NCBI GenBank assembly: GCA_030754395.1
Contig: JASMAJ010000001.1
Coordinates: 1 to 35,947 of the forward strand
From: Candidatus Thalassarchaeaceae archaeon
GTDB taxonomy: Archaea > Thermoplasmatota > Poseidoniia > Poseidoniales > Thalassarchaeaceae
Length of the DNA stretch: 35,947 nt
Direction: 5' to 3'
Shown: positions 16,830 through 25,766 of the stretch, in pieces
Position numbering within the stretch: position 1 is the first letter of the stretch
How the letters are laid out: every line of letters begins with the position of its first letter
Notes under the pieces: generated by a model
Seen by the model: only the letters and a program-made list of their open reading frames with translations
Told to the model about the DNA's origin: nothing
Databases searched by the model: none
Program-made: the position numbers and the translations under genes

Positions 16830-19800
16830 TTATTCTTCTTCACCTAGTGATTTAGATACTGCAGTTGCTGTGACTAGAAGTGGTGGTTCATTCTCAATAG
16901 ATTCAGTTACAACCGTAGCGTTAACCAAGAGAGGTTCCTCCTTTTCATCCTGATATTGTGAAAGATAACTCAAGTCTGGTGCTGAAGGTAATTCTACAGA
17001 ACGATGTTCAGGTGATTCCCCTCTAGGCCTATGGTCGATTTGGAATTCGCTATATGCATCGGTAATTTTCTGATTTAGATTTATTCTATGCGCCCCATAT
17101 GCAACTCCACCAACAATAGTCAGAATCAGAATTAGTATGAAAATAATTCCTATTGTTGAAGCAAAAAATGACAGTAATGAGTCGATAAAGGTAGGTGGTT
17201 CGACATAAACCTCAACCTCAATTTCCCATTGGAATTTAGTTTCTATTCCTGAATCAATTAGGGTTGCATTAATTTGTCGTATTCCATCGCCATCTCGACA
17301 AAGAATTATTGCTAATTCCCAATTTCTGTTTTCACAATCAATAATTTGGATATGTAGGCGCATTCCATCATTAGTTACATTATCTGAAAGATTTACTCCT
17401 TCCATCTCCCAGATTATTTTTTCATCTATTTCACTAGGAATTCCATCTAAATTTATTGAAAAAGAACGATTAACAGCATCCCAAACACCGGATGAAATGA
17501 TTTGACTGATAGAAGATTTTCTATTCAATTTATCCTCATCATCAACGATGTTATTGCAGTCATCATCTAAACCATTCCAAATTTCTTGAACATCTGGATT
17601 AATCGTTGCATCCAAATCCTGACAGTCCTCAAAAGCAAAAAATCCATCCTCATCACGATCGAAGTCGTAGACTAAAGGATTTGACTTTGAAGTCTTAATC
17701 TCAAATCCATCTTCTAGTCCATCTTCATCCGAGTCGATGTTATAGGGATTAGTTGAATAATTGTGATATTCTTCATAATCAGATAGTCCGTCCTGATCAG
17801 TGTCAATCTCATAGAAATCCTCATCTATAATTTCATCACAATCATTGTCCTTCCCATCTAGTTCTTCTGTTCCAAATGGTTTTCTCTCATCATCATCATC
17901 GTCACAATCATTGAACCAATAGACTCCATCTCCATCATTATCTGGATCGAAGACAAGTGGGTTTGATGAGATTTCTAACTCGTAACCATCAGGTAATCCA
18001 TCATTATCGGTATCGCCATCATATGGATTAGTGCTCAAATTATGATATTCGTTGTAATCATCCAGTCCATCGAAATCAGTATCAAGAATCCAAAGATTCT
18101 GATCTATAATCAAGTCGCAGTCATTATCAATTCCATCCAGTAATTCGGGTAGGCTCGGATTTCTATATTCATCATTATCATCACAATCTAGGAACCAATG
18201 GTATCCATCGGAGTCGGCGTCCACGTCGTAAATTAGTGGATTCGATCCATGTACGAGAACCTCATCTCCATCAGTTAGTCCATCATCATCGGTATCATCA
18301 TCCAGATATTCGGTTCCGTGAATATGAAATTCTGGCCAATCCTTCAGTCCATCATTATCTCGATCAGTAAAGTTGTAACCCTCATCAATGATTAAATCAC
18401 AATTGTTGTCAATTCCATCAAGAGCTTCGTAAGCACCAGGATTGACTATTGGATTATTGTCGTTACAGTCTTGGAAATGGTAGAACAAATCGTTGTCAGC
18501 GTCAGGATCGTAAACCAAGGGGTCACTGCCCCAAACATTTACTTCAACACCATCAGTTAGTCCATCAGAGTCAGAGTCCTCATTCCAAGGGTCAGTTCCA
18601 ACAACATTGACTTCTATTCCATCAGATAGTCCATCACCATCAGAGTCAGGAATTAGTGGATCTGTAAAGTAAATCATAACTTCTTCATAATCAGATAGTC
18701 CATCACCATCAGTATCCGCAAGGTAGGGGTTAGTCCCCCAAACCTTTGTCTCATTATAGTCACTTAGTCCATCATCATCATGATCGAAGTCTTCATCAAC
18801 CCCATGGAATATTATTTGCCAATAATTCAATGTTCCACTGTCTCCAGAACTAGCATCACGAATCTTCAGAACCCATTCACCAAGACTGGCTTCACCCCAG
18901 TGATGTACTGTATTGAATAACCAATCATTGTAATTATTGCCATTATCGGAATGTTGTTCGGCCAACCAAGATACTGTTCCATCAGGTGATTCTAATATGA
19001 TTTCAAGATCACCGCGAGAACTATGGTCAATGTCTACAATTACATCAACACTTTCGATTAGCAAAGTTTGTGTCATATTTACAGTGAATTCACTCCAATT
19101 TGAAGAACCCAAATCCGGAATTCCTAGGTTCTCGGAATATGGTCCATATGTCTGATTTACTTCAGTTCCTAGACTTGTCCAGTTCTCTGCTAATGTCACC
19201 GCTGCTCCTGCATCTACAGCCCCAAATCCATACTTATGTGATACATCATATCCTGCTCCATTTGTCTCCCATGAACTATCTGTGGGGTCATTCATTCGAG
19301 AGGATTGAACTAATATTTCTTGCACATCACGCCAACTTAGATTTTCGTTTGCATCATACATTAGAGCGATTACTCCTGCAGCTAATGGGGTTGCACTAGA
19401 CGTTCCTCCAAAGTCATGGGTGACATTTCCGCTACCATTGTATCCTCCACTGCCGGTGATATCAGTAGTAGTGATTCCTTCACCATCTCCTTCAGAATGC
19501 GCGGCGACCAATATATTTGCTCCCGGCTCTGCATACCATGATTGCTCTCCATTATGGTCTATGGCTGTGACTGCAATAGTGAATCTGCTGTTCGCGTATC
19601 CATCATAGTTTGCATTATCATTTCCAGTAAGTCCATTTCCTGCTGCCCAAGTAATGGTATTTCCCAATCCTTGTCTTCCGAAGTAGGCATCTGACTCGAA
19701 AGCAGCAAGAGTCAGCGGTCCTGGTGCTTCTAGTACCTGACCATTATCTGAGGGGCCCCATGAATTTGTGTAGATGTCAATATCATTTTGATAGAAGCTC

Positions 19801-20606
19801 AAGGCATCAGACTCAAGACTATCACTAGTACCACAGGCAATCAAAGTCGAGCCAGCGATTGTTGCTTCCCAAGCTGCCCCAGAGACGTAGAGAGAATTGT
19901 TTCCAACTGCAGCAGCAACACCAGCAACAGCAGTTCCATGCTCATCCCAACTGTTTGGAGTTGGGTCTGGGTCATCATTGCACCAATCGTATGAAAATGT
20001 GCTATTGTAATGAGGAGAAATGTCAACATGTGAATGGTCAAGGCCATCATCAACTACACTGATTACTACTTCTTGACCACGATAATTATCCCAAATATCG
20101 GTTGCATTGATATCTTCACCTGATAATCCTCCAGTTTGCCCAGTGTTCTCCAAATGCCACTGTGAAGCGAACTCTGGGTCATTTGGATTATCACGTGTCT
20201 GAAGTGTTTGAGAAACAACTAACGGAGAAAATGATTCAATCTGTCCTGCTACGAGCGCTTCTTGGAGTTTCGGAATGGCCTCTAAAGGGTCATTGAAATG
20301 CCAAATATAGGAATTAGGCAATAATGAAACTTCTTTGATAGATTTAGGACTTGGAATTGTCCAAACTTGTTTTTTCTCAGGTACTTGAGTAACAACTAAC
20401 CATTCTTTTGTAATTTCTAACTCATCTTGAGAATACTGATTGAGATTTTCTACTCTTGCAAATGCTGCTTGTACTGATTCGGAGTATGTTGGGATAATGT
20501 CTTCTCCATTAATTTCGAGGTCGATTTTTATATTCTGACCATCAGAAATGGCGATGACTGTAGGACTGATTATGACTAGCATCAGCAACGCAGCAACTGC
20601 ACGCAT
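16830..20606 (-). CDS. Membrane-anchored kexin-like subtilase (S8B + P-domain) with TSP3-like Ca-binding repeats and Cys-motif modules
   Basis: Signal peptide MRAVAALLMLVIISPTVIAISDG (ATG 20606; the track start 20678 is TTG). Catalytic triad context: VVDDGLDHSH (Asp), DPDPTPNSWDEHGTAVAG (His), GGTSSATPLAAG (Ser). P-domain pattern: SRGDLEIILESPDGTVSWL...WGEASLGEWVLKIRD...LNYWQIIFHG. Ten D-x-D-x-D-G-L-x-D-x-x-E motifs are present. A TM helix (IGIIFILILILTIVGGVAYGA) is followed by a ~90-aa tail. Confidence 0.9.
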   Translation of the reverse strand: MRAVAALLMLVIISPTVIAISDGQNIKIDLEINGEDIIPTYSESVQAAFARVENLNQYSQDELEITKEWLVVTQVPEKKQVWTIPSPKSIKEVSLLPNSYIWHFNDPLEAIPKLQEALVAGQIESFSPLVVSQTLQTRDNPNDPEFASQWHLENTGQTGGLSGEDINATDIWDNYRGQEVVISVVDDGLDHSHVDISPHYNSTFSYDWCNDDPDPTPNSWDEHGTAVAGVAAAVGNNSLYVSGAAWEATIAGSTLIACGTSDSLESDALSFYQNDIDIYTNSWGPSDNGQVLEAPGPLTLAAFESDAYFGRQGLGNTITWAAGNGLTGNDNANYDGYANSRFTIAVTAIDHNGEQSWYAEPGANILVAAHSEGDGEGITTTDITGSGGYNGSGNVTHDFGGTSSATPLAAGVIALMYDANENLSWRDVQEILVQSSRMNDPTDSSWETNGAGYDVSHKYGFGAVDAGAAVTLAENWTSLGTEVNQTYGPYSENLGIPDLGSSNWSEFTVNMTQTLLIESVDVIVDIDHSSRGDLEIILESPDGTVSWLAEQHSDNGNNYNDWLFNTVHHWGEASLGEWVLKIRDASSGDSGTLNYWQIIFHGVDEDFDHDDDGLSDYNETKVWGTNPYLADTDGDGLSDYEEVMIYFTDPLIPDSDGDGLSDGIEVNVVGTDPWNEDSDSDGLTDGVEVNVWGSDPLVYDPDADNDLFYHFQDCNDNNPIVNPGAYEALDGIDNNCDLIIDEGYNFTDRDNDGLKDWPEFHIHGTEYLDDDTDDDGLTDGDEVLVHGSNPLIYDVDADSDGYHWFLDCDDNDEYRNPSLPELLDGIDNDCDLIIDQNLWILDTDFDGLDDYNEYHNLSTNPYDGDTDNDGLPDGYELEISSNPLVFDPDNDGDGVYWFNDCDDDDDERKPFGTEELDGKDNDCDEIIDEDFYEIDTDQDGLSDYEEYHNYSTNPYNIDSDEDGLEDGFEIKTSKSNPLVYDFDRDEDGFFAFEDCQDLDATINPDVQEIWNGLDDDCNNIVDDEDKLNRKSSISQIISSGVWDAVNRSFSINLDGIPSEIDEKIIWEMEGVNLSDNVTNDGMRLHIQIIDCENRNWELAIILCRDGDGIRQINATLIDSGIETKFQWEIEVEVYVEPPTFIDSLLSFFASTIGIIFILILILTIVGGVAYGAHRINLNQKITDAYSEFQIDHRPRGESPEHRSVELPSAPDLSYLSQYQDEKEEPLLVNATVVTESIENEPPLLVTATAVSKSLGEEE
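17529..18509 (-). repeat. 3.5 tandem ~93-aa coding modules inside the protease gene
   Basis: Modules at aa 724-817, 818-910, 911-1004 and 1005-1050 (partial). Each is D-x-D-x-D-x-D-x-(Y/F)-x-(F/W)-x-D-C-(N/D/Q)-D...P....E-x-L-D-G-x-D-N-(N/D)-C-D-x-I-I-D followed by two DxDxDGLxDxxE...NP motifs. Confidence 0.85.
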
Positions 20607-20674
20607 AAGCAAGGGTCGAACATATTGGGGTTTTAGCCGTTCCCAACGAGTGAGTGCGTCCCGCTTCGGGCAAA

Positions 20675-21955
20675 TCAACCTTCATTGAACCCTTTAATCG
20701 CTGCATGAACTTCTTCATCACTCATTAGACGACGCTGTGATTTTGCTACTTCAAACAAGTGAGCTACTAGGTCATCTTCAACATCATATTCGTTTTGTTG
20801 GAGCCACCATATGATGTTTGAGCGCCCACTCATATGACCAATTCTAATGACCTGTTGAAGGCCATAATCTTGTGCAGGAACACCTGAATATACCCTGTCT
20901 GCTAGCCAATGGTCGCCTTTTTTCATCGCCTTTACCACAGCACTTGCATGTACGCCTGTTCCCGTTTCAAACGCATCTTTGCCAAATACTGGATAATTTC
21001 GAGGTAATGCCACTTCGATGTATTCGTGTGCCTTACGCATATAGTCGTTCAAAGCAGTCAAGTCATTTTTTATGACTCCCATCAGTGATAGATTGACTAG
21101 GGTTTGATCAAGAGGGGCATTGCCTGCTCTTTCTCCAACTCCCAAAGCCGTCCCATGAATTACATCAGCTCCCGCTTCAACTGCAGCTAGATTGTTCGCA
21201 ACCCCTAAGCCTCGATCCTGATGACCGTGCCAGTTAACTTCGATATCACGACGTTTGACGCCTGCATCTGGGATAACCTCGTCTTGGATAAATCCTAGAA
21301 GTTTCCTTACACCATTAGGAGTAACATGGCCACAAGTGTCGCAGACACAAATTCGATCAGCACCTAATTCGATAGCTCGGGTGTAGACTTCTTTGATTTC
21401 TTCTGGTTTGCTTCTAGTAGTATCCTCTGTAACGAACATTACTGGAATATCATTGTTTACTGCGAATGAAACTGCCTTTTCTGCAGTCGAGAGAATTCTT
21501 TCCATATTCCAGTCCTCTGCAAATTGTCTGATAGGACTGGTTCCGAGGAAAGCACTAGCCTGTATTTGACGCTCATGCTTAGCTTGAAGGTCAACAAGTG
21601 GTTCGATATCGCTAACAACCGTTCTTACAGCACATCCAGGTCGTAATTCGTAATCATTTTCCCCCATGTGAGTAAGCATGGCATCAATATGAGATACGTG
21701 GAATGGTCCTGCGCCAGGTAGCCCTAAGTCCACCTTTTGAATTCCTAATTTTTCCATGAAATCGATAAGTTCTATTTTCTGTTCAATAGTGGGATTTCGT
21801 GCACTAGGACTCTGTAGTCCATCACGCAGAGTCTCATCATCAAACCATACTTCATGAGGGTGGTTTGATGGCTCTCGCACAATCTCATAATCAATGGTAT
21901 TCCAATCGTAGATGAGTTCGCTCTCCTTCATCCGCTCACCCGCTGCTACGCCCAT
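20675..21955 (-). CDS. HMGL-like (DRE-TIM) enzyme of the 2-isopropylmalate / homocitrate synthase family, lacking the LeuA regulatory domain
   Basis: DETLRDGLQ substrate/metal motif and WHGHQDRGLGVANNLAAVEAGA (HxH). 426 aa. ATG at 21955, or alternatively at 21931. Confidence 0.8.
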   Translation of the reverse strand: MGVAAGERMKESELIYDWNTIDYEIVREPSNHPHEVWFDDETLRDGLQSPSARNPTIEQKIELIDFMEKLGIQKVDLGLPGAGPFHVSHIDAMLTHMGENDYELRPGCAVRTVVSDIEPLVDLQAKHERQIQASAFLGTSPIRQFAEDWNMERILSTAEKAVSFAVNNDIPVMFVTEDTTRSKPEEIKEVYTRAIELGADRICVCDTCGHVTPNGVRKLLGFIQDEVIPDAGVKRRDIEVNWHGHQDRGLGVANNLAAVEAGADVIHGTALGVGERAGNAPLDQTLVNLSLMGVIKNDLTALNDYMRKAHEYIEVALPRNYPVFGKDAFETGTGVHASAVVKAMKKGDHWLADRVYSGVPAQDYGLQQVIRIGHMSGRSNIIWWLQQNEYDVEDDLVAHLFEVAKSQRRLMSDEEVHAAIKGFNEG

Positions 21956-21991
21956 CGAACAGACCAGCCTGTGTTTGAAGCATTCGGGGTT

Positions 21992-23107
21992 TCATGCTGA
22001 GTTAGCCTTGCGATTAACGCGTGAACGTAACTCATACCTGATTATGAATGCAAGAGAAATGATAGCACCAATAATTCCTCCGTAAAGACCGAAACTAGCA
22101 GTTACTACAATTACGAACATTACCGCGAGATAATACATTGAGACAAAGAAAGAATTTGTTGCACTAGGTATCCTTCCTTCGGGTCCTTGAGGTTCATTTG
22201 GATCAATAATGAAAACTGTTCTCGTGTACCATAGTGATACAATTACAGCGTTCCATCCGAAGATGTGATACAATTCATCACCAAAATCTATTCCACCTAG
22301 TGTTATTGGCGCTGCTAATGAGAGTAAGACTAGAAGAATGGCATAAAATTTCATTTCAATTAATGTTCTTTGAGCACCTTTGACACCTGGCATCATAGGA
22401 ACTCCCACTTTCTCATATTCTTCTGAACGATAAAGTGCAAGTGCCCAGAAGTGGGGGGGTGTCCAAAGAAAAATTAGCAGAAACATGAACCAAGGCATCA
22501 GGCTTCCTAAATCGGTAATCGAAGTAATAAATGATTGAACTGATTCTATTTCTATTGAGAGTTCTCCAACTGCAGTAGCCCAACCAATTACTGGTGGTGT
22601 AGCACCTGCAATTCCGCCGATGACAATATTTTGGGTAGAAGTTCGTTTCAGCCAGATGGTGTATATCAGAACATAGAATAGTATGCTGAATGCAGCCCAA
22701 AAGGCAGCAACGGCGTTTGCCATTACAATGAACCAATATGTTCCAATTATGGAAATAAAGATCCCAAATGTCAATGCCCCATTTGCCGTCACGGCTCCTG
22801 ATGGAATCGGTCTATTGGAAGTTCGAGCCATTATTGGGTCGATATCTCGATCGTACCACATATTGATTGCATTCGCCCCTCCTGCTGTTAGGTATCCTCC
22901 AACAAAGACGACCATCATTGTCTCAATAGTTGCTAACCAGTCCATTTCATTGGAGTCTAGTAAATCGTGAGATATTACTGCACATAGTGCAGTAATTTGC
23001 AGTAGGACAACGACACCTGGTTTGGTGAGAGCCAGCCAAGCTCGGATTCCAGATACTGGCTCACCCATATCACGCCCTATGGGCGTGAGTCCTTGAATAC
23101 CACTCAT
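21992..23107 (-). CDS. ctaB: Protoheme IX farnesyltransferase (heme O synthase)
   Basis: UbiA-family motif NMWYDRDIDPIMARTSNRPIPSG, multiple TM helices, and an ATGA start/stop overlap with upstream ctaA. Confidence 0.9.
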   Translation of the reverse strand: MSGIQGLTPIGRDMGEPVSGIRAWLALTKPGVVVLLQITALCAVISHDLLDSNEMDWLATIETMMVVFVGGYLTAGGANAINMWYDRDIDPIMARTSNRPIPSGAVTANGALTFGIFISIIGTYWFIVMANAVAAFWAAFSILFYVLIYTIWLKRTSTQNIVIGGIAGATPPVIGWATAVGELSIEIESVQSFITSITDLGSLMPWFMFLLIFLWTPPHFWALALYRSEEYEKVGVPMMPGVKGAQRTLIEMKFYAILLVLLSLAAPITLGGIDFGDELYHIFGWNAVIVSLWYTRTVFIIDPNEPQGPEGRIPSATNSFFVSMYYLAVMFVIVVTASFGLYGGIIGAIISLAFIIRYELRSRVNRKANSA

Positions 23108-24162
23108 TCAAGAGTTTCAACATTTGTATCATACAGGGTGCCAACCGAAGTCGAAAGCCAAACAGTTGCTAGGACGAGGAATGTTAGTGATGCAAGTAGC
23201 AGATGTAAGAGAGAAAGCCATTCCTCAAATCCCGAATCAGCAGTCCACGAGAATATGTAAAATGCTCCAACAACGACATTTAGCAGGAAAAGACCAGTTG
23301 CAGTCCATATCCAGTTTCGGAGGATTTGGCCATGTTGATGCTGATCTTGCTCTTTCATTACTACCCAAGCAGCAGCAAGAAGAGCAATTTCAACTATTAC
23401 GACGATCCACCTATGGATAATCTGAGATTGGTTCTCAAGATTTTCTATCGTGTTAAACAATTTACCATGACACAATGGCCACGAATCAAATCCATTTACT
23501 CCACAACCCGTATTTGCTCCAGGTGTTGTGGCAACAAAAACTCCTGCAAATAGTGCAATGAAGGAGCCAAATCCTAACCATGCAATTCTGTTTTTCCATC
23601 TAGTAGCTAAAATAGGGTCAAATTCAATCCATTTGGGAGTTTCATGTGTATCGCGAGAAATACAGAGCCAGAGCCAGATTAGTGATAGCTCGAAGGCTAG
23701 AGCGCTGGCTAAATGTAGTGCAACACTCCAATGTTCATTATCCATTTCAACAGTAAACCAACCGATTAGACCCTGCCAAACAATTAGTGCTACAGAAACG
23801 GCTGCTGCTAATTTAGTTGCAGAATTTGATTCATCGTTGCGCCCCACAAGAAACCAATTCAACAATACTAGAGGTCCGAGAATAACTCCTGCGATAAGTC
23901 TGTGAACCCATTCTGTGAATATTTGGAAAGTTGTATATCTGTGATGTTCACCACGTGAATCAATTTCGTCAGGGTTTTCGTCCCACCAAATTTCCTGCTC
24001 TTCAGGGCTTACATCAAAGGACCAACTGCCAAAGCAGGTTGGCCAATCAGGACAAGATTCACCAGCATCATAGATTCTAATCACTCCACCAATTGCAATC
24101 ACTAGAAATGTGACAGCAATTAGGCCAGCGGTCAGAGTTTTAGTTGAAATTCGGTCCAGCAT
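23104..24162 (-). CDS. ctaA: Heme A synthase (CtaA/COX15 family)
   Basis: N-terminal CPDWPTCFG motif, about 8 hydrophobic helices with conserved His residues, and translational coupling to ctaB. Confidence 0.8.
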   Translation of the reverse strand: MLDRISTKTLTAGLIAVTFLVIAIGGVIRIYDAGESCPDWPTCFGSWSFDVSPEEQEIWWDENPDEIDSRGEHHRYTTFQIFTEWVHRLIAGVILGPLVLLNWFLVGRNDESNSATKLAAAVSVALIVWQGLIGWFTVEMDNEHWSVALHLASALAFELSLIWLWLCISRDTHETPKWIEFDPILATRWKNRIAWLGFGSFIALFAGVFVATTPGANTGCGVNGFDSWPLCHGKLFNTIENLENQSQIIHRWIVVIVEIALLAAAWVVMKEQDQHQHGQILRNWIWTATGLFLLNVVVGAFYIFSWTADSGFEEWLSLLHLLLASLTFLVLATVWLSTSVGTLYDTNVETLE

Positions 24163-24185
24163 GAGTCATTCTCCACTGCTGATTA

Positions 24186-24202
24186 GTACCACGATGTGGT
24201 AC
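24186..24202 (-). terminator. Perfect 7-bp hairpin 8 nt downstream of the rpoK stop
   Basis: GTACCAC (24186-24192), loop gat, GTGGTAC (24196-24202). Confidence 0.3.
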
Positions 24203-24209
24203 AGAATTT

Positions 24210-24470
24210 TCATTCCTCCTTAATGTGGGGATCGACATCAATAGGGATACGATGTGACTCGTATTCTAACATGGCAATCTTAAGAGGATCAAGAACGAAG
24301 CGAGCCTTAGCGTCTTCGATACCATACAATTGAACTAGTTCGTTCATGAAGTTCTCCCTGAGTTCTTCCTCAGAGACATAGAGTGGAGCACCCATGCTGA
24401 TTTGTAGTGCTCGTGCTCCGATAATTCGTGCCTTTTCGAATCGAGTGTGCTGTCTTAGAGGCTTAACCAT
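24210..24470 (-). CDS. rpoK: DNA-directed RNA polymerase subunit K (Rpo6)
   Basis: [21 protein letters not shown] and [18 protein letters not shown] are the two conserved Rpo6/RpoK blocks. 86 aa, with extra residues between the blocks. Confidence 0.85.
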   Translation of the reverse strand: MVKPLRQHTRFEKARIIGARALQISMGAPLYVSEEELRENFMNELVQLYGIEDAKARFVLDPLKIAMLEYESHRIPIDVDPHIKEE

Positions 24471-24546
24471 CGAGGCGGGCGACCGGAGGCCTCCCTATTA
24501 GCCCACCGGCTGGCTTACGCCCCCTATGGGGGCGCTTATTGAAGGA

Positions 24547-25707
24547 TTAATTTCGTTCAATTAGCATACTTACAGCATTTCCGCCACCAAGACATATTGC
24601 GACAATTCCTCTATTTTGACCAGTTCGAATCAGAGTATTGGTCAAGGTCATCAAACAACGTGTTCCTGTGGCACCCAGTGGGTGGCCAACGGCAACAGCA
24701 CCACCATTAGGATTGAATCCTTCATCAGGGAAGTTGAAAGCATTCTGTATGGCACATGAAGCAACTGCAAAGGCTTCATTATGTTCCAAGATATCAATAT
24801 CAGAGATGTCGAGTGAATTACGCTCTAACAGCGACTCAATAGCAGGAATAGGTGCTGACATGACTCTGTGAGGTTCTACTCCAGAAGTTGTAAAATCGAC
24901 GATTTTAGCTAGTATTGGCCAGCCGTTATTTGTAGCAACCTCTAGGGATGCAATTAGTATTGCAGAAGCACCATCAGAAACCTGACTTGCATTACCAGCT
25001 GTAACTTGTCCATCTTCCTTGAATACGGTTCTCAATTCTGCTAACCCTTCTCTCGTGGTATTGGGTCTTATGCCTTCATCTCGGTCTAATTCATCAATCG
25101 AGATGCATTCTTCTGAGAACCAACCTTCATTCCAAGCTTTGTCGGCAAGTGTATGAGATCGCATAGCATATTCATCAGAAACCGCTCTTAAAATTCCAGT
25201 CTCATTGGCTATGGTTTCACCAGTTATTCCCATCATCGCCCCATCATATGCGTCCTTCAGGCCATCGTGACTGAGTACTGAATCAAGGTCAGCATATGAG
25301 ACTTCAACACCCCTTCTAGCACCACGAATGAAGTGTGGAGCATTACTCATAGATTCCATTCCACCTGCAATTACTACATTGGTTCGACCAGCCATAATTT
25401 CTGTTGCTCCTATCATGGTTGCTTTCAGACTGGACCCACAAACCTTGTTGATTGTGGTGCAAGGAGTGGAATATGGCAAGCCAGCCGCTAATGCAACTTG
25501 ACGAGCAGGAGCTTGACCTACTCCTGCTTGTAGAACATTACCCATGTATACTTGGTCAACTATGCCACTAGAGGGGTCAATCTCAACCCTCTCTAAAAGT
25601 CCCTTAACTGCTAATGCACCTAGGTCAGTTGCCGAGTACGAGGAGAGAGCACCACGGAATTTGCCAAAGGGTGTTCTGGCATAAGCGCAGATGACGGCGT
25701 CCGACAC
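24547..25707 (-). CDS. Acetyl-CoA C-acetyltransferase (thiolase II, bacterial-type)
   Basis: Active-site Cys context NKVCGSSLKA, plus NEAFA, GHPLGATG and CLGGGNA. GTG start. Confidence 0.93.
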   Translation of the reverse strand: MSDAVICAYARTPFGKFRGALSSYSATDLGALAVKGLLERVEIDPSSGIVDQVYMGNVLQAGVGQAPARQVALAAGLPYSTPCTTINKVCGSSLKATMIGATEIMAGRTNVVIAGGMESMSNAPHFIRGARRGVEVSYADLDSVLSHDGLKDAYDGAMMGITGETIANETGILRAVSDEYAMRSHTLADKAWNEGWFSEECISIDELDRDEGIRPNTTREGLAELRTVFKEDGQVTAGNASQVSDGASAILIASLEVATNNGWPILAKIVDFTTSGVEPHRVMSAPIPAIESLLERNSLDISDIDILEHNEAFAVASCAIQNAFNFPDEGFNPNGGAVAVGHPLGATGTRCLMTLTNTLIRTGQNRGIVAICLGGGNAVSMLIERN

Positions 25708-25738
25708 AAGTGAGGCGAGAGGGGTTGTACCCTTGAAT

Positions 25739-25755
25739 GGTGCGACGAACGCACC
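25739..25755 (-). terminator. 6-bp hairpin 12 nt downstream of the TDO stop
   Basis: GGTGCG (25739-25744), loop acgaa, CGCACC (25750-25755). Confidence 0.25.
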
Positions 25756-25766
25756 GCCGCTATCAC

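Noticed and set aside
16827-16832. Directly abutting convergent stop codons (16829/16830) and the 10-nt convergent overlap at 27676-27685 as unusual structures.
   Set aside because: This fits the general genome compaction seen throughout the window (gaps of 6-14 nt at other convergent pairs). It is only noted as context for the hydrolase/protease pairing.
22453-22459. G7 homopolymer (C7 on the coding strand) inside ctaB as a possible slipped-strand phase-variation site.
   Set aside because: It encodes the TPPHFW segment in frame, in what appears to be a core respiratory gene. There is no sign of a frameshifted copy.
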